62,671 nucleotides of DNA, taken from assembly GCA_041649955.1 (NCBI GenBank), contig JBAZMD010000004.1, positions 1 through 62,671 on the forward strand. Direction: 5' to 3'. Positions 54,687 to 62,626 of this stretch are shown in pieces; within the stretch, counting starts at the first letter, position 1, and each line of letters starts with the position of its first letter. The notes under the pieces are model-generated. The model saw only the letters and a list, made by a program, of their open reading frames with translations, was not told the DNA's origin and searched no databases. Position numbers and translations under genes: made by a program. The DNA is from Patescibacteria group bacterium (GTDB lineage Bacteria > Patescibacteriota > Patescibacteriia > UBA2591 > JAQUPP01).

Positions 54687-55329
54687 ATTTTATTTTTTTT
54701 TCATCATAAAGGAACTCTGAAAAAATTTTATAAAAATTAAACACAAAAATTATACAAAAGCTTTCAAAAATACTCTCAAATGTTTCAAGGTCAAGATATT
54801 TTTCAAATTGGTCTGGGATTTGAATTTCCTCTTTGTCTAAATCTTTAACCAATTTCGATATCTCTTGTGCCGCATTATAACTTCTCTCATAATTAAGATG
54901 AACAATCTCACTAAGGAAGTTTTTTATTTTTTTATTCAGATCAAGTCTTAAGGAAATGTCTGGTCTCTCCGTATCAATGTTTTTATACCACTTTGTTAAA
55001 CTCGTTGGGTCTATAAATATATAAATTTCCCGGAGATCTGCCGCTATATGTCGAATTGTGAAAGAATCCTTTGTTTCAAATTTTGTACCAAAAAGAGTTT
55101 GTGAGTTCAATATTAAATCCATTACATTTATTGTTTTTCCATTCGAACTCGCGTTCCATAGCAATTGTAAATATAGGGATACTGCTTTGATTATTCCTTT
55201 CTTAATTGTTGTGAATAATTCAGGCCTTTTTCCAACTAGAGTAGACTCTACATCTAAAGAATACCCTCGTTGCTTTTGCAAAACAGGATCAGTAGTTTTA
55301 TTAAGATTTTCTAAAACTTCATCTTCCAT
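54664..55329 (-). CDS. hypothetical protein (221 aa), overlaps the 980-aa gene start by 23 nt
   Basis: ORF only; the overlap suggests translational coupling. Confidence 0.65.
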   Translation of the reverse strand: MEDEVLENLNKTTDPVLQKQRGYSLDVESTLVGKRPELFTTIKKGIIKAVSLYLQLLWNASSNGKTINVMDLILNSQTLFGTKFETKDSFTIRHIAADLREIYIFIDPTSLTKWYKNIDTERPDISLRLDLNKKIKNFLSEIVHLNYERSYNAAQEISKLVKDLDKEEIQIPDQFEKYLDLETFESIFESFCIIFVFNFYKIFSEFLYDEKKIKYESTCIT

Positions 55330-55443
55330 ACTTAATAATTTCTAATTACTTCCTTTTTTTCATATATTAAACTATAGAGCTTATACATCAGCCTGTCTAT
55401 CTGATGTATAAGGTCACTAACCTTTGTTTTTCTTTCTATCCAA

Positions 55444-55647
55444 TTAAAAAGCCAGGATCTTTTGATTTAACCTAATTTTAGTTTTTAGAATAAGAAAAGT
55501 GCCAAAAATAAGATCAATCGTTGATAAAGTAAAAATCACTGGGTGATTTTCTATTTTATTCAATACGGGTAAAGTCAACTGATTAATAACTATCAGCGTT
55601 TGGTGTAAGAGTGTTGAAATAAAGTTGTCAGGTATAGGAATATACAT
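55444..55647 (-). CDS. possible small hydrophobic protein (67 aa)
   Basis: ORF only; no SD seen. Confidence 0.3.
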   Translation of the reverse strand: MYIPIPDNFISTLLHQTLIVINQLTLPVLNKIENHPVIFTLSTIDLIFGTFLILKTKIRLNQKILAF

Positions 55648-55691
55648 AAATTTACTTTACTAAGTATTTTATTAGCCAGGTAGTCAAGGGC

Positions 55692-56423
55692 TTATGGTTC
55701 ATAATACCAGCTATTATTTCCATAATTATAGACAAATCCCGTTGGAAGTTTTTTTTCAATTAACCTATCGGCCTCATCTTTAACTTCACATGAGATCCTT
55801 ATTTCTATTTTTTCTCTTTGTTTTGCTTTTTCTTTAACCCAATTAGGTATTCCTAATCCGGGTGCCATTATTTGAGAAAATGCATTAAGATTCCAGGCTT
55901 TAATTCCTCCATAATAACCTTCGGATACTTCTTCTACTTTATCGCCTGAGATAAACTTTATTTTTACATATGCTTTGTATTTCTTTGTTTCTTGATTTTG
56001 GATTACAAACCATACTTTCCAATCTTTCAAAAAGTCAAAATAAATCGTACCCGACAATACTGAGGCAATCTGATAACTTACCAACGCAGAATCATTTTTA
56101 TCAGCTACATTTTCACTCGTGGGCTGTAAAGTTTTTTGAGCTTCTTGTTCAATTAGTTTAACTTCGGCTCCTAACTTTTTATCTAGTAGTTTTTGATTCT
56201 GATACCATCTTCTTCCAGCCCATACCATAATCCAAATATTAATAATAAAAACCAGACTAAGTCCAATTACAAAACCAGGCCAAATATTTAATGCTAAGTT
56301 GCTAGAAATAAAAATTCCTATTCCACTTACCACAAACAAAATAGTCCCCAAAGACATTAAAAACTTATAGAAGTCATCATAAACTAATTTTGGTAATTCC
56401 ATGATATGTTTAAAAATTCTCAA
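55692..56423 (-). CDS. 3-TM membrane protein with a beta-rich C-terminal domain (243 aa)
   Basis: TTG start 11 nt after a GGAGGA SD. Hydrophobic helices lie between residues about 20 and 70. Confidence 0.6.
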   Translation of the reverse strand: MRIFKHIMELPKLVYDDFYKFLMSLGTILFVVSGIGIFISSNLALNIWPGFVIGLSLVFIINIWIMVWAGRRWYQNQKLLDKKLGAEVKLIEQEAQKTLQPTSENVADKNDSALVSYQIASVLSGTIYFDFLKDWKVWFVIQNQETKKYKAYVKIKFISGDKVEEVSEGYYGGIKAWNLNAFSQIMAPGLGIPNWVKEKAKQREKIEIRISCEVKDEADRLIEKKLPTGFVYNYGNNSWYYEP

Positions 56424-56500
56424 TAATTTTTATTTCCTCCAGCGTGAGGCCATAGAGTTTATAAACTGCCTCGTCTATTTGGCATTTAAGTTTTTTATTA

Positions 56501-57274
56501 TCATAATTTTTTGATTCTTAAATTACTAATTTTTACATATTTTCCTTCTTTTTCAATACCAATCCATCTTCGATTAAGTTTTTTTGCAACTACAGCCGTG
56601 GTGCCACTACCTAAAAATGGATCTAACACAACATCACCTCTATTACTTGAAGCTATTATAATTCTCTTTAGCATTTCTTCAGGCTTTTGTGTTGGATGAA
56701 CGGCTCTTCCATTTTTTTCTTTAACTCTTTCTTTGCCTTGTACTAATGGTAATTGCCAAACATCTCTCATTTGTTTTAATGATCCATCCTTCTGTTTTTC
56801 GGGATTCAGTTTCTTTAAATCTTCGTAATTAAAAGTCCATTTTTTCCCTTTAACAGCCCAAACAACAAACTCAGTAGAATGGGTAAAAACTCTTCGTGTC
56901 ATATTTGGCATTGCATTTATTTTTTGCCAAGTAATTATATTATTGATTTTAAAATTAAGCTGTTTAAGAACCATTATAATTTCTGAAATATTATGATGCG
57001 TACAAGATATATATATAGAACCACCATCTTTTAAAATTTTAAAAGATACACTGATCCACTTTCTAGTAAACTGAAGATATTCGGGTGCAGACATTCTATC
57101 CCATTCTTCATTGACCATATACCAATCACCGCCAGTTTTATTTCCTTTCCAATAAAGTCCATTTCCTGAAAGATTATAGGGAGGATCAGCAAAAATAAGA
57201 TCTATAGATCCTTCTTTTATTTCTTTTTTCATTATCTCAACGCAATCTCCTTTATAAATTATATTTGTTTTCAT
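56501..57274 (-). CDS. beta-class DNA methyltransferase (N6-adenine or N4-cytosine; CcrM/HinfI-like layout)
   Basis: FADPPYNL (motif IV) precedes DPFLGSGTTAVVAKKL..W.GIE (motif I). The ATG at 57272-57274 overlaps the endonuclease stop as ATGA (the track lists a TTG five codons upstream). Confidence 0.85.
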   Translation of the reverse strand: MKTNIIYKGDCVEIMKKEIKEGSIDLIFADPPYNLSGNGLYWKGNKTGGDWYMVNEEWDRMSAPEYLQFTRKWISVSFKILKDGGSIYISCTHHNISEIIMVLKQLNFKINNIITWQKINAMPNMTRRVFTHSTEFVVWAVKGKKWTFNYEDLKKLNPEKQKDGSLKQMRDVWQLPLVQGKERVKEKNGRAVHPTQKPEEMLKRIIIASSNRGDVVLDPFLGSGTTAVVAKKLNRRWIGIEKEGKYVKISNLRIKKL

Positions 57275-59214
57275 AATTTTTGTGTCCAATCATTAATTAA
57301 TACGGGTATTTTTTTACCCCATTCGATAGCATTTTTAGAACTCGGTATTTCAGATTTAATAATTTCAAACAAACGCTTCATGTCTTGAGTAGAGAATCTT
57401 TTTTGTTTAAAGACATTAAGAATGCCCTTAATTTGTTCTATATTTAGTGGAATAATTGTCATTTCAATTATATCATCGTCAATGGAATATTGTCTGTTAT
57501 TAAAAAATGTAAGTATTGAATTAGTATCGATATTAGGGGCAATAAAAAGGCCGAATACATCTTTTTGACCATTAAATTTTGATTGTATTTTGGCAACATG
57601 TCTTAGGACAGGTTCTGATTCACTACTCCACTGATTAGCTCTCATACTCAGAGTAACTTCTGTTACTAAAACGAAATTTTCATATTCAAATACCATATCT
57701 GGCTGGTTTCCAGCAGCATGATTTATAGGTTGTAATTCATCATCAAGTTTGAAATTTCTTGCTTCATAAGGCTTATTCGTAAGGGTGTCAATCGCCAAGA
57801 ATACTCTCCATGTATTCCATTCTAGATATGCTGGATAATAAGCTTCGCCTCCCAGAATTTGTTTAGTGAGAATTAAGTCGTAAAAATTAATTATGTCATC
57901 TACTTGTTTTTCTTCTCTCTGTGAATAATAAAATTCTATCTCTTTTAATTTAAGTAAGTTTGTTTCAATACTTCTGGTCTGTTGTTTTAATCCAATAACA
58001 TCTTGAGCGGGCGCAATATCTTTTCCAACTAAAGTCAATAATTCTCTTGCTCCAACTTTATTAAACAATACTTTTTCTTTGGCTTTTATGACAGATAAAT
58101 GATTTTTGAGGTAATCCGTTTTATCACTTGGGAGGGCCGGCAAAGAATCATTCCAAAGATAGTCGAGATATTCCTTATCTCCTATTAAATTCCATTTCTG
58201 AGAAAGTAAAGATTTAATAAGATCATCTTTTTCGGTTATCGTTATAAGTTTGTCTCTACTTACAGAAAATAATCCGCTTTTTCTTAAATATCTAGCGGTT
58301 AGATCCGCATAATCTCGAAGAGTTGCTATTTTAAGAAATAAGTAATAATTAAGAAATATTTTTTTAACCTCAATCGCCCCCCTTCCAGATTTTATTGTTT
58401 GAGTTATGGCGAGTTGAGTCTTTTTTGCTTTTATGGTGTTTGATCCTTTCCCGCCTTTAGTGATATCTGCTAATAATTGTTTACTCTGATTAGAAATTAT
58501 AAAGGCAGGATTCTTTTTATATCCAGCAACGAGTTTTTTTATTAAAATTACTCTTTCACTAATTTCATCATTAAATACTTCTTCAAGACGAGCGAGTTGA
58601 ACTTTTACATAGAATTCCTTTCTTTTCACCCGACCTTCAATTTTGCTTCTTTGAATTCTATAATCTTTAATCTGTTGAATCATTTTATCAACATCACTCA
58701 TTCTCACAGTGGTATTTAAAAATATACTTATTTCCTCTTTCGACAGTCCCTGCAATTCATAGGTTGTTTTTAAGCTAATAATAAAAGGCAACACGGAAAC
58801 ATTCTTAAATGATGCACCATTTTGTTTCGGTAGGGTACATGGTTTTTGGTATTTTAATAATTGTCGTAAGAAGACCTCATCTTCTATTTCGGGGTTATTT
58901 ATAAGAGATTCGCCAGCTTTAGTTATGATCACTGGTTTTTCTGAAGATTCATAAGCAAAACAAAACCCTAACTGATTTAACACTGATACCCATTTTCTTG
59001 CGTGCTCCTGTTTTCTAGCACTGGTCATACTCCTATAGTCACTTTCATCTATTTCGTAAACCTTATGTTCACGAAATAAGTTAAATAATTTTTCTTGCTG
59101 GGACGTATTCCATTCTTGACTATTAAAATAATTTTTTAATATTTGTAATCCTTCCCGTAATCTATTGGGATTGCGGACTGTAGTTGAGCCAATTGTCCAT
59201 TGAAAATATTTCAT
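57271..59214 (-). CDS. AlwI / N.BstNBI-family type IIS restriction endonuclease (or nickase)
   Basis: DDELQPINHAAGNQPDM...V(L)VTEVT...SESEPV..H catalytic-region block as I recall it from N.BstNBI/PleI/MlyI-type enzymes. The 647-aa size fits. Confidence 0.75.
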   Translation of the reverse strand: MKYFQWTIGSTTVRNPNRLREGLQILKNYFNSQEWNTSQQEKLFNLFREHKVYEIDESDYRSMTSARKQEHARKWVSVLNQLGFCFAYESSEKPVIITKAGESLINNPEIEDEVFLRQLLKYQKPCTLPKQNGASFKNVSVLPFIISLKTTYELQGLSKEEISIFLNTTVRMSDVDKMIQQIKDYRIQRSKIEGRVKRKEFYVKVQLARLEEVFNDEISERVILIKKLVAGYKKNPAFIISNQSKQLLADITKGGKGSNTIKAKKTQLAITQTIKSGRGAIEVKKIFLNYYLFLKIATLRDYADLTARYLRKSGLFSVSRDKLITITEKDDLIKSLLSQKWNLIGDKEYLDYLWNDSLPALPSDKTDYLKNHLSVIKAKEKVLFNKVGARELLTLVGKDIAPAQDVIGLKQQTRSIETNLLKLKEIEFYYSQREEKQVDDIINFYDLILTKQILGGEAYYPAYLEWNTWRVFLAIDTLTNKPYEARNFKLDDELQPINHAAGNQPDMVFEYENFVLVTEVTLSMRANQWSSESEPVLRHVAKIQSKFNGQKDVFGLFIAPNIDTNSILTFFNNRQYSIDDDIIEMTIIPLNIEQIKGILNVFKQKRFSTQDMKRLFEIIKSEIPSSKNAIEWGKKIPVLINDWTQKL

Positions 59215-59218
59215 ATTT

Positions 59219-60910
59219 TTATTTTGTTACTTTGCAATAAAATACTCTTTCGGTATGACCCTGAGTATCGCTTTTACCAGTAGTGAATCCTTTATAATCT
59301 CTCTCAAAAACCTCAACTTCACCTCGTTCTCTTAAAATCTCCATGATTCTTTTGTCTGATATTTTAGCATTTGATCTTTCATTTTTCTTTTCCCCAGTAT
59401 TATTATAAGAGAGTAATATATGATTTGTTTGAACGTTCTTAATTAGGTCATGTAATATTTGATCCGCTCCTTTAAGGCAATACCTGCTTTTTAAGTGATT
59501 CCGTTCTATCATTTTCTTGGCGACGCCCTCAACTTTTGGTTTTTTCCAAGTAATTACATTTTCAAGTAGGTGATAGGCGTCTCCATACTGTCTGGAATTA
59601 TATGGTGGGTCAATATAAATAACATCGCATTTTATTTCTTTTACCAATTGATTAGCATCTTTTTGGTATATTTCATTGTTAATATTATTTTTAGGATTAA
59701 TATCTGGCACTAAAAGTTTTATATTTTGTAAAGTATCGAGCTTCTTTCTGTAAGCTTCGTAATGACCAACGGTGTTCGCTACTTTGTCTATCGCATAAAT
59801 CAAAGAAGTGAGTAAAACATTCTTTTCCTCCTGATTAATTTTTTTTGTTTTATCAAGTTTTTCAATTTTTTCTCTGATTGCCCCGATTTTTAAAGCATTT
59901 TCTTCGGTAAAATATGATCCACCAAAAATTTTAGACATGTAGTTTTCTTTTTTTGGATTTAGATCATTTAAATAATCAATAATGGCTGTTATTTTTTCTT
60001 TATTATAATTCTTTGTTTTCAACCAGCAGTGGAGAGAGATATAACTGCTATCTAAAATATCATTAGAAATAATTTTAGTGTCCGGCTGATTGAAATATCG
60101 TCCAACAACACCTGTTCCAGCAAAGATATCACAAAAAGTATAATAACCACGACATTTGTCTGCGACGATATCTCCTATAAAACCTAATAATTTTGTCTTA
60201 TTGCCCAAGAAACGCCTATTATGTATCTGGAGGAGTTGCTCAGTTTTTTGATTTTGAGGAAACATAAATAATGGAAGCTGAGCAGGTTTTGGTAATGGAT
60301 CAAAACGGCTTCGGAATACACCAGTGACCTTGCCCCTAATTTGTACATCTTTTACAAGGATTGGTTTATAAGATTGATTAGCTGGTTGTAACCTAAACTG
60401 ATTCTTTTCTTTATAAATTCTCTTTAGCGTTGCCTCATTGTCATTGACAATAGCAACACCAATTTCACCGTTGTCTACTATGGGTTGTTCTCGGACGATT
60501 ACTGTGTCGCTATCAAAAATACCATCATCTTGCATGCTATCTCCTCGAACTTTTAGGGCGTAGTGTCGGCCTTGTCCAAGTGTCAATTCTTTTGGTATTG
60601 AGATTGTTTCCGGAATTTCTATTGCTTCTATTGGTTCGCCGGCTGCTATTATCCCAAGCAGGGGAATTTCTATAAAATTATAGTTTTTTTTTGGTTCAGA
60701 ATTAATTTCAATAGCTCTGGCCAAATTATCAAATTTTTTTATATACCCTTTATTAATTAGGGCGTTGATATGCTGATGAACAGTAGACACAGCAGATAGC
60801 TTGAGTCTTTTTTTTATTTCCTCAAGAGTAGGCGAATAACCCTTTTCATTAATAAATTTTTTGATGAAATCCAAGGCCTCTTTTTGTCTTTTTGTTATTG
60901 GAATAGGCAT
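59219..60910 (-). CDS. LexA (winged HTH + S24 self-cleaving domain) fused to an alpha-class (D12/Dam-like) N6-adenine DNA methyltransferase
   Basis: LexA N-domain GYSPTLEEI..VSTVHQHINALINKGYI; cleavage site AAGEP; GDSM serine and TLKR lysine. Then FLGNKTKLL, FAGTG (motif I) and YIDPPYNS (motif IV). Confidence 0.8.
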   Translation of the reverse strand: MPIPITKRQKEALDFIKKFINEKGYSPTLEEIKKRLKLSAVSTVHQHINALINKGYIKKFDNLARAIEINSEPKKNYNFIEIPLLGIIAAGEPIEAIEIPETISIPKELTLGQGRHYALKVRGDSMQDDGIFDSDTVIVREQPIVDNGEIGVAIVNDNEATLKRIYKEKNQFRLQPANQSYKPILVKDVQIRGKVTGVFRSRFDPLPKPAQLPLFMFPQNQKTEQLLQIHNRRFLGNKTKLLGFIGDIVADKCRGYYTFCDIFAGTGVVGRYFNQPDTKIISNDILDSSYISLHCWLKTKNYNKEKITAIIDYLNDLNPKKENYMSKIFGGSYFTEENALKIGAIREKIEKLDKTKKINQEEKNVLLTSLIYAIDKVANTVGHYEAYRKKLDTLQNIKLLVPDINPKNNINNEIYQKDANQLVKEIKCDVIYIDPPYNSRQYGDAYHLLENVITWKKPKVEGVAKKMIERNHLKSRYCLKGADQILHDLIKNVQTNHILLSYNNTGEKKNERSNAKISDKRIMEILRERGEVEVFERDYKGFTTGKSDTQGHTERVFYCKVTK

Positions 60911-61085
60911 GAATAATTGTTGATGTTTTAACTATAATTACTTATGATACTATTATACCGAAAATCTTACGAAAATGGAAGTATCAGCTTGTGGATTACT
61001 ATAAGTTATCAACTCACCCCATCTGGACTCCCTTGAGCCGTGCGTCATCAATGTTTCATAGAGATTAATTAATAATTTTAAATCT

Positions 61086-62402
61086 ATGGAACAAACAACA
61101 AAAATAAGGGTTGGACAACTGACTCAAGCACCGGCAGTAGTAATCAAGTATTGTCTCTATGCTCGCAAGTCGACCGAGCAAGATGATATGCAGGCACTTT
61201 CCATTGATTCACAGATTAAAGAGATGACAGAGATCGCCCAGCGGGATAATTTGCAAGTGGTAGAGATTAAGCGCGAATCCCATTCGTCCAAAGCAGTGGG
61301 CCAAAGGCCAGTCTTTAATCAGATGATTAGTGAACTCAAAGAGGGTAAATTCAATGCCATTCTAACATGGGCCCCTGATCGGTTAAGTAGAAACGCTGGA
61401 GACTTAGGATCCTTAGTTGATTTAATGGATCAGGGAGTACTAATAGAAATTAAAACTTATAGTCAGAAATTCACCAACAACCCAAATGAGAAGTTTTTGC
61501 TGATGATTTTAGGCAGTAATGCTAAATTAGAAAACGACAATAAATCAGTTAATGTTAAGCGAGGACTTAAGGCTAAGTGCGAGATGGGTTGGAAACCATC
61601 TATTCCACCCACGGGCTATTTAATGGAAAATCATATTGATAAACGAGGCCAAATTAGATTGGACCCTAAAAGATCGGTTATTATAAAACAGGTGTTTGAA
61701 AAAATTGTTTACGAAAACTGGAGTGGCAGAAAAACATATCATTGGCTATTAGAGATTGGTTTCAAAACTAAAAATGGTAAACGTCTATCGTTGGGTAACG
61801 TCTATATTCTACTTCGAAATACTTTCTATTATGGCGAGTTTGAGTTTCCGGCCAATAGCGGCCATTGGTATCAAGGTAAACACATGCCAATTATTACCAA
61901 AGAAATATTTGATAAAGTTCAAGAAGCCTTAGACCAGAATTATGTACCCAAAACAGAGAGCAAAGAATTCGCTTTTACTAAACTCATTAAATGTGGCTAT
62001 TGCGGATCGGGTATTACCGCTGACGAAAAATTTAAGAAATTAAAAGATGGCGGAGTCAATCGCCATGTTTATTATCGGTGTACCAAGGTTAAGAATATCG
62101 ATTGCAAAAATCAAGCTATTAACGAGCAAGATCTAATCAAAGAATTAATTGAAATGATCGATAAAATTAATCTTGATGAATTGGGTATTAAAACAAAAAT
62201 TGAAGATGAAATGATCAGATACAATAAATTTCAAATGGGCGTCTTGGGGACAATCAATAAGATTAAAATGAATACCGAAATCAACACTAGGAATTATGCC
62301 AAATACATTCTCAAAGAGGGATCACTGATTGAAAAGAGAGAATTACTGTCTTGTCTACAAAGTAAATTAATATTAAAAGACAAAAAGATTTGTGTAGAAT
62401 AA
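61086..62402 (+). CDS. large serine recombinase
   Basis: YARKSTEQDD catalytic-serine motif, DRLSRN, recombinase domain, and the zinc ribbon CGYCG...YYRCTK. Confidence 0.85.
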   Translation: MEQTTKIRVGQLTQAPAVVIKYCLYARKSTEQDDMQALSIDSQIKEMTEIAQRDNLQVVEIKRESHSSKAVGQRPVFNQMISELKEGKFNAILTWAPDRLSRNAGDLGSLVDLMDQGVLIEIKTYSQKFTNNPNEKFLLMILGSNAKLENDNKSVNVKRGLKAKCEMGWKPSIPPTGYLMENHIDKRGQIRLDPKRSVIIKQVFEKIVYENWSGRKTYHWLLEIGFKTKNGKRLSLGNVYILLRNTFYYGEFEFPANSGHWYQGKHMPIITKEIFDKVQEALDQNYVPKTESKEFAFTKLIKCGYCGSGITADEKFKKLKDGGVNRHVYYRCTKVKNIDCKNQAINEQDLIKELIEMIDKINLDELGIKTKIEDEMIRYNKFQMGVLGTINKIKMNTEINTRNYAKYILKEGSLIEKRELLSCLQSKLILKDKKICVE

Positions 62403-62410
62403 CTAGAAAC

Positions 62411-62445
62411 AAAAAATCACCAAGGAAGCTTGGTGATTTTTTGTT
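62411..62445 (+). terminator. recombinase gene terminator
   Basis: atcaccaag-gaag-cttggtgat, then TTTTT. Confidence 0.8.
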
Positions 62446-62541
62446 TATCTTGAATCAAGAGACAAGGTTCGAGTCCTAGAGAGGTACGATTTTTCAATGC
62501 TTTAAACGCTATGCCTCACGGTCTCTTGACTTGTCACTAGC

Positions 62542-62626
62542 TGGTACCCCCTGAAGGAATCAGACCTTCGTCAATTGCTTAAGAGTCCGCCAGCTGGCGG
62601 ATTTACCATTGAGCTAAAGTATAAAA
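62542..62626 (-). pseudogene. tRNA-like remnant: D-arm-like piece, 16-nt palindrome, then a Lys-type anticodon loop, a degenerate T arm and ACCA
   Basis: The minus strand carries ctcttaagcaattga, identical to the neighbouring tRNA-Lys, then gaagg-tctgatt-ccttc-agggggt-acca. No 5' acceptor strand can be paired, so it does not fold as a tRNA. Confidence 0.4.

Larger units (their letters stand above)
43600..62450. mobile_element. integrated island (about 18.8 kb): decayed prophage or satellite-like element carrying defence genes; serine recombinase at the right end next to tRNA-Lys
   Basis: Core genes (dnaN, hup) stop at 43.6 kb. Beyond that come an exonuclease, ParB-methylase/TerS/TerL, nucleases, R-M genes and a recombinase, followed by the tRNA. 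The left border is inferred, not mapped. Confidence 0.55.

Noticed and set aside
62464-62488. Plus-strand GGTTCGAGTCC T-loop-like sequence with a possible acceptor strand, that is, a plus-strand tRNA after the recombinase terminator.
   Set aside because: - The T stem has a mismatch.
- No anticodon or D arm can be built in the 20 nt available after the terminator.
- No complementary 5' acceptor strand exists.
- I treat it only as a possible tRNA fragment or scar (see the tRNA-Lys finding).
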